From: Schizochytrium sp. TIO01
Lineage: Eukaryota > Protista > Bigyra: Labyrinthulomycetes
Direction: 5' to 3'
Assembly (NCBI GenBank): GCA_004764695.1
Contig: SMSO01000035.1
Location: 3,422,040-3,486,039, forward strand
DNA: 64,000 bases
The position numbers were made by a program, and so were the translations under genes. The notes beneath the pieces were generated by a model that had not been told where the DNA came from, searched no databases, and was given only the letters and a program-made list of their open reading frames with translations. Below, one piece after another: positions 57,227 to 64,000 of this stretch (the stretch's first letter is position 1; every line of letters starts with the position of its first letter).

Positions 57227-60200
57227 AGCGCCCAATCGAGATAATTTAATATACACTTCTATTGCATGAAACCTCGTCCACGCGAGTGATTGGTTTGTGT
57301 ACTGATGTATTCGACCGAGCTTTACAGAAAGGTGTTGTTTCTGATGGTGAGGAAAGAGCCCGTTGCCCCAGTTCTCAATTCTACCAAGAGCTTAGAGTCT
57401 AACTTCAATCAAGAATCCAACTATGCAGGTTATAACCGATGTCTAATCGGGGCGTAAGAGTCTTTGAAGCAAAACAAGCTTAACTAGGATACTCCCTTCC
57501 CCAAGGTGTTTCTGCTTTGCCTGCCGCTGCCGCTCTGGATCCGTACGAGTAGTTCACTGCAAGTCAAGCCGCCATGAACCCCCGAAGGCCTCTCAGTCGC
57601 GCACGGCGACGGAAGAGGAAAGCGGTCGTGTGAACAGAGGAACGAGCAGGCGTTTCCCCTCTGGTCCTGCGGCGCCGCCGCCGAGGACGTAGCTGGCGAG
57701 AGTCGCGGGAATGAAGCGAGTTTTCCGCAAGAAGTTATTTATGTAACTTCTTGCACAGACAAAATGATGGCAAATAATGTGAATTTTCTTAAGAGAATGC
57801 AGAACTCGGACTTAATGAACAAATGAATAATCGAATGAGTGAACGATCAGTGGGTGCTCTCGTTCCGACATGCACCCCAGCTTGGTCTATTTGGAGACCT
57901 GCACGAATCGACCATCGATAATTCGCAGCTCGCCATCATGTCTGGACAGAATAGACGAGAAATGATTTCGCTGTCCTCAGGCGGACAGTTTCACGAAACG
58001 TTGGCTCTTCTTGTTAAAGGTAACGCTTTGGCAATGGCCGTCTACTGGGCACTAGGCCTGCCTAGTATCCGCCTACTTGTTCTAGCTCTCCTCTCCAACA
58101 TCAAGCAGCAAAGCAAACTACAAAGAGCTACAAAGGAGGCAAGAAATTGTAAGGGCGAGGTAGAGTAGGGCTTTCTCAACTTGAGATATCCGATTCGAGT
58201 TATGGTATCTACAGGCGTAAAGAATGCTGTCACTGGTCCAAGGGCGCAAAACCCAGAGGGGATTTACAGGATAAGTGATGAATGCTTACAAAGTTTGCAA
58301 GAAAAACATCATGATTAAGAGGTCGGCATCCCAAGGGGGCGACGCTGATCAAAGAGTCGATGGTTAGTTCCGGCAATGCCGTTCCCGATGATGGCGAGAA
58401 GCTATTCTTCACGTGCCTTTGAGCTGTTCCACAAAGAAAGCCCTTTTATTCTTGTGAATTACTATGCCTGCAAGAATAGACAATGGTAGCCATAGAGAAA
58501 GACGGAGTGTCAGACTAAATTCGAGCAAGCAGAGTTTGGAAATCCAAGATTCAACCTCCCACTTAAGACATACGAGGGGAAAATACGTGCTTCTCGTGTC
58601 ACAAGGCGATGTCCCATAATGTTGGCTAAAGAAGCGTATAGAAAGAAAGCTTTGACTATTATCTACATGCTTTACTTCCACTTAACACCTCCGCGTCGAC
58701 AACAGGTGTAACAATCTTATATGTTTAAAAGTATACACTAAGTTATACCTCTTGTTCTGCTCGCCCTCTCTCGGAAACCAGGCATCTTCAAACGCACCGT
58801 GCTGCCGTAGGAACAGCAGAAAGAAGACTAGATACAACGAATTTTAAGAAATGATTCTAACTCTTAAAAGGGCATGCATCGAAAGTGCAGCTCCCACAAA
58901 ATGATAAGCAGAATGGAAGCTGTATATTGTGGAGTCAAAAAGGCAATTCTCCACTTTGAATCATCAACTTCGGTAGTACTGCTGCTAACCCTGTGCATAG
59001 AATATCAGTCTTGGGAAAACAAGCTGTCAAGCTGTATCAGAATTCCCCAGCTAACACGCGCCACACCGCCGGATGCATTACTAGCACACACCCCTTTGCG
59101 CTGTCGCTGGCACAGTTAATCACGAGATTAAATTGCAGGTAGGTAGTACTTAACCTACCAGTACTAGATGTTTTTCAATGGTTTCAACGGATATTTCAGT
59201 GGACCGCTAGGTAATTTCTACTTGGTTTAGTAAAGTAGTGGAGTTTTCTTGTTTTCGTCCAATTTCTTTTCATTGTTCATCTTCATTACTTCATATTGCA
59301 GGAAATTGATGCACTGGATACATAGTTGGTGTTGCAGAGAGATGAAGTTGTCAATTTTTTTGAGAGACTATTGTTCCTTACTTGTTCGATGATAGCGTTC
59401 GAAAACTCACAAGGTTCATAAGACCCCCAATTGCTTAGTATGTTTAGTTTAACTCCTCCTTGTATTCACAGAATAGCGCTCGAATAGTTACAACGCGTTT
59501 GTGCAATCAATTATCTGGCGTTTGTCACCTTTACACGGAACAATATAGGATCAGAAGCATGTAACGCTTCTCTGAATTGAATCAGCAAGCTGGTTTTTTT
59601 AAGTGAAGATGGCGTGATTAGGTACAATACTGTTCAGTACTGGGTGCGATAGGCCAGGCTATGGCTTTTAGTGTGGTTCATACTTTCTGTTGTCCGCGCC
59701 GGATTGCTTGAAATGGGGACATGCATGACTGGACTGGACTTTAAAAAAAAAAAATGAACTCTAAATTTTAAATATTTTAATTACTTTTGTATTTGTTCTG
59801 ATCCAGGATGTCATTCCCAGTAAAGGCTGCACATATGCTTCTACCTCTGGGTTGTATAGCGTGTTTGCTGGATTGCTGTGACTAGGCATTGTACACTGAC
59901 TTCATCATAATCAGCGTGGGTGGCAAACAATAAATGGTTGTTTCTTACGAGTCAGTCGTTGTGCTGTACTGCGCTTTGCTGAAAAGCAATTGATGATAAA
60001 ATCTGTGTTTAGGTTTTACAGAAAGGAAACACTTTCTTTCCTCCCTTCTATACAGTGTTATGAAACTTGTCTATGTTTTTTCATGCTTGTTGATTTATCA
60101 AGAAGTCTAAAGGAAAATTTATTTCCGCCAAATAAATAAAAGAATAATTAACCATAGAAAGGAGCGTATATACAACAAACATTTAAGTCAAGACAAGGTG

Positions 60201-60455
60201 CAGAATTTATATACTGAGAGCTTGCAGGCATTCCCCAATTCACAAAGTCGCTAGTTGAGTTGGCGGAGTTTCTCTTGTCAGCCAGCGGCAGGAGCCACAG
60301 GCAGTGGAGAAAAGGCGTGCTACTGCCAGCTTATGTAAACAAGGGCCCACGCAACAAAGGAATTACAACTGCATGCTTACGAACAAGAAATCCAGACCTG
60401 TGCTACGCAAAAGCAAGTAAGACACAGGTGTGAGTCGTAGGGTAGGGGCACAACC

Positions 60456-61721
60456 ATGGGCGGTGGCCTCAGCTCTCCCAGTAAACGATCGACAGCATAC
60501 CATGTGATGGGAGGTAGCCCTCATGGACCGAAGCGGAGCAGCAGCCTTATAGGGCAGCACCGACGTCTTAGCGCGATAGGACGCCTCAACTGGTTTCAAT
60601 CTAAAAAAACAGAGTACTTGCGTGAAAATGGGGATCTTGCTGCTGCAGAGGTTGCACCTATTGAAAAGAGACTTCGCAAGATGGTAAGCAAGTCGCAACA
60701 ATTTGCATCAAAATCAAACTCGTGCAATAGACTCAGCAAAGACCAGTTGCGTTCCTTCTTTTGGGAAAATGGCGTACGCTTTGAACCTATTATCTTTGAA
60801 CGATTATATCAAATGATGGAAGTAGACGAGGAAGGCCATATCACAGTGGATAAATTAGCTCTCACATTCTCCCTTCTCATTCGATCTGGGTCTGTAGCTC
60901 AGGATAACGTTGAGCTCGCCTTTCGTTTGTTTGACTCCAATCAAGATGGAAGCATTGATCAAAGTGAGTTTCAAGAAATGATTATTGCGCTTATCGGCAA
61001 AAGAGTTGCGCATGTCTACGAGATTGATGCGGGCATTCTATATTTTAGACAATTTGTCGAATCTGAGTATGCAAGTGAATTGCTTGACTTTTTGGATGAA
61101 ACAATTAAACATGATGGCAAGGTGTTTAAGTCACCTCTTACTCTTGAGCATGCGGAGTTTCTCTTTAAAACATTTCTCGAAACCAATTCTGATAAACAAG
61201 TCAACGTCTCAGATGATGTTCGCGAGGCTTGTCGAAGCTCGATTGAATATTGTAAATCATCTAACCTCGCTACCCTGACTTCGAATGATCCTTTTTTTAA
61301 AGCTCAAAAAGAAACTATCAAGATGCTTGAACAAGGGCCACTCGTACGATTTAAGACAAAGCTGCGGAGCGAGCGAACAATTGCACCTTTAGGAGACTCT
61401 GTTTGGAAAACGATGGGAATGAAGCCAGATGACCAGATGACTCTTGAATTATTTCGTTTATGGTCATCTTCGAGTCCTGATTTATTCAACTTTCTTGATG
61501 AGCTGCATAAACTTTTGCATATTACAGATGATTCAAGTGAAAATACTGTTGTTATCCTCGAAGATATGCCGGAAGGTGAGGGCAACTCAAACTCAAAGAG
61601 TGTAGCTGCACAGTCGGAGAATGACATGAATACAGAAGCGATGGAGGCAGAGGCAACCGTCACAGCTGATTCCAACAAGGTCATTCACAACAAACATTCA
61701 GACTCTGGTACAGGAGAATAG
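60456..61721 (+). CDS. Myristoylated NCS/calcineurin-B-like EF-hand protein with an inserted RGS domain
   Basis: MG start; canonical EF hand AFRLFDSNQDGSIDQSEF. RGS: FRQFVESEYASELLDF...FKTFLETNSDKQVNVS...FFKAQKETIKMLEQGPLVRF. Confidence 0.8.
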   Translation: MGGGLSSPSKRSTAYHVMGGSPHGPKRSSSLIGQHRRLSAIGRLNWFQSKKTEYLRENGDLAAAEVAPIEKRLRKMVSKSQQFASKSNSCNRLSKDQLRSFFWENGVRFEPIIFERLYQMMEVDEEGHITVDKLALTFSLLIRSGSVAQDNVELAFRLFDSNQDGSIDQSEFQEMIIALIGKRVAHVYEIDAGILYFRQFVESEYASELLDFLDETIKHDGKVFKSPLTLEHAEFLFKTFLETNSDKQVNVSDDVREACRSSIEYCKSSNLATLTSNDPFFKAQKETIKMLEQGPLVRFKTKLRSERTIAPLGDSVWKTMGMKPDDQMTLELFRLWSSSSPDLFNFLDELHKLLHITDDSSENTVVILEDMPEGEGNSNSKSVAAQSENDMNTEAMEAEATVTADSNKVIHNKHSDSGTGE

Positions 61722-62331
61722 AGAATTCCAAGTCTATTGATACTGGTGATGTTGAGCTAAAGTCGGAGCCATGAATATAATCTACCATTTATACTTATGA
61801 GACACATGTAAAATAACTTACTGCTTTTCCTTTGAATCAAAGTGTCATGTAGTATCCATCTTTGGAACTTAATGAAGCCCCAATAATAATTGGCTTCCTT
61901 GCTTGCTTCAATTATAGTTGAAAGAAACCCTGAACACATTTCTACGTCACATCAACAATTGTGCTTGCAATAATGCTTCTAATTTTAAGAAAACTGCATA
62001 AGTTTAAAGACAGAACATCTTCGTAGGACATGAAGCAGACGAATAAATTAAAATGGAAGTATTGAAATGGAAAGTTTCATTATGTTAAGAAGGTGTAATG
62101 AATTTTAGAGAACCCTGCAAGCTCTAGGAAAGGTCATGATGCTTTGCTTTACATTATGCAATTGCCCTAGTAGATTTAGAATTTGTGTGACATCGAAGGA
62201 ATCGTTTAAGAAAATAAAAAGGGGGAAAACAAAACGCCAGTATGGCACGGTAGCTCTCTATATAAGAGTATCTCCCATGCGACCGAGACCACGCGATGTA
62301 TCTCGAGTTTGTTTGGTTTGTTTTCTTGCAA

Positions 62332-64000
62332 TTATGTGGACTCCTCATAATCAATGGCCCAAAGCTCCAAGGCTTCAACAGCAAATGTCTGCTCTCCTGC
62401 AAGCAGCGTCCGTGCTTCCTCACTGCCACGTGGCGCGCCAACACCAAAGCTATGTTCTAGATCGGATGTGCAGACAGTGAAGTTATCACGCAAAACAAGA
62501 TCCCTAGTACCGAACTGCATGACAGATGTGTTTGACTTGCATACAGCAAATGGACGGCGCAACTCCCCGATAGTTTCATCATCCAAGTCACTCAAGTCAT
62601 CAATGTAGTCCTCATCGGGAGGAGGTGGGTGGGCTTCCCGGCCTTGGAAGGGAACCTTGATATCAAGGCTGACAGAAAACAGAAAAGATTTAGCAGTGCC
62701 AAAACTATGACCGTCTCCACGCCAAGGTTCGTCCACAAACCCACCAAAAATACGACCGTTTGCTTTAATGATGAGCATGGTTTTGGTGTCCACCAGGATG
62801 TACTTGGGTTTTCTCGAGCGAGATTCGGTGGCTCCAAGTTCATCTTCGTCTTCATCCTCGTCTGCTTCCGAATATCTTGGGTTCCGTTGTGAAGGCAGAC
62901 GATTAATCAAGGCCTCTACAGAGCGCTCTGGGTCATCCCAGGTAGCATACAAAAGCCTCGTGGCAGGTGGTTCACGACGACGATTAAAAGGTACACTGAG
63001 CAAGAGCGACTGACCTTCAGAGAAGACCTTCGGAACTTTTCGCTTAGGTGGGTCCTTTCTGCGGCGGGCCTTACGACGGCGGCCTTCGCTGTCCTCTTCA
63101 TCATCTTCCTGCTGGCGTTCTTCTTCTTCCTCCTCTTCACCAAGTTTGGCCAGCTCTGCTTCGGTGTCAGGATGTTCCAGCAGTCTAGATTCTTCAAATG
63201 CACGCTCCGCCATGCGAAGGGAATCACGGTCGCTTACAGCGAGTTGGCGCAGTCTCCGAACAGCCTCAGCACGCAATGAATACTGTGCATATTTAGGAGG
63301 GGTTGATTTAGACATAAATGTGAACGAGATTGATTGTGGAGGCGCCGGAGCAGTCGCTACAAGCTGATTTGATGCCACGCCTTCGTCGTCACTCTGTGCA
63401 TCACTTTGAAGTGAAGCTGGGCTGAAGAGCATCGATTTTGCTTGCTCCAAGCTTGGTGTATTGCCCAAGTCCGTTAGTGGAGGTGGCACAGCAGCAGATG
63501 CTTGCGGTGTGGCTGCATTAGACTCGGCCGACTTTTGTTCATAGCTTGTGAGTTCCTGGTTTCCGTTTTCTGCAGGGCTGGTGCTCGTGCTGTTTGTCTC
63601 TGGTGCGGTTTGGGGAGACGCTGCTGCTTGAGGGGATTCAAGGTTGAGTGTCTGCATCAAAGACTGAATCTGCTCTTGCCCACGAGTCATTTGCGAGGGG
63701 CGCCTTGATGCATTCTGGGCTGAGCTTCCATTACCCGGTGTCTCACCAGAAAATTGCTGCTGTAATTGTTGTGGTTGTTGTTGTTGCTGCTGGTGCTGGT
63801 GCTGGAATTGTTGCTGTTGGTAGTAGGGTTGTTGCTGTTGCTGTTGCTGTTGTTGTTGTTGGGGTTGCTGATAGTTCTGAAAAGGGTTTTGATCCTGGTG
63901 CATGGTGTAGTCAGGGGTTGCCCTCGCTGCATGCTGTTGACGTTCGAGAGCGGACCGGCTTTGGATTTGCACTCCTCCAGAGAGTTCAAGATCGGCTGTA
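62332..64000 (-). CDS. TLDc-domain protein with a polyQ N-terminal region (start may lie beyond the window)
   Basis: LLYATW, IFGGFVDEPW, FGTAKSFLFS, MQFG, FAVEALELWAI; the frame stays open to the window edge. Confidence 0.82.
   Translation of the reverse strand, partial: TADLELSGGVQIQSRSALERQQHAARATPDYTMHQDQNPFQNYQQPQQQQQQQQQQQPYYQQQQFQHQHQQQQQQPQQLQQQFSGETPGNGSSAQNASRRPSQMTRGQEQIQSLMQTLNLESPQAAASPQTAPETNSTSTSPAENGNQELTSYEQKSAESNAATPQASAAVPPPLTDLGNTPSLEQAKSMLFSPASLQSDAQSDDEGVASNQLVATAPAPPQSISFTFMSKSTPPKYAQYSLRAEAVRRLRQLAVSDRDSLRMAERAFEESRLLEHPDTEAELAKLGEEEEEEERQQEDDEEDSEGRRRKARRRKDPPKRKVPKVFSEGQSLLLSVPFNRRREPPATRLLYATWDDPERSVEALINRLPSQRNPRYSEADEDEDEDELGATESRSRKPKYILVDTKTMLIIKANGRIFGGFVDEPWRGDGHSFGTAKSFLFSVSLDIKVPFQGREAHPPPPDEDYIDDLSDLDDETIGELRRPFAVCKSNTSVMQFGTRDLVLRDNFTVCTSDLEHSFGVGAPRGSEEARTLLAGEQTFAVEALELWAIDYEEST

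Overview
Eukaryotic, intron-poor genomic DNA. Gene content and microsatellite-rich intergenics suggest a stramenopile protist, probably a thraustochytrid/labyrinthulomycete (inference). Positions 1-20 kb are a repeat-rich, segmentally duplicated accessory zone. It holds two paralogous type-II membrane glycosyltransferase-like genes, a secreted GH127-like glycosidase, a 1.3-kb near-identical direct repeat, a 65-bp alternating satellite and degenerate AT-rich repeats. Next come a tandem pair of Ulp1/C48-like peptidases (one intact, one catalytically dead) and UDP-xylose synthase. These are followed by an unusual CHAT (caspase-like) + STAND NTPase + STAT-type linker/SH2 protein, Ctf4/WDHD1, NSUN2/Trm4, eIF2B-delta, a hybrid histidine kinase, Bub2, a myristoylated EF-hand sensor with an inserted RGS domain, and a TLDc protein running off the right edge. 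Between WDHD1 and NSUN2, largely invisible in the ORF track, lies a decayed IS607-type element: a serine-resolvase fragment joined by a deletion to the 3' part of a Fanzor2/TnpB gene, followed by hairpins where the omegaRNA is expected. Two genes are each split by one extra base in a homopolymer. All family calls are by-eye motif recognition; no searches were run.
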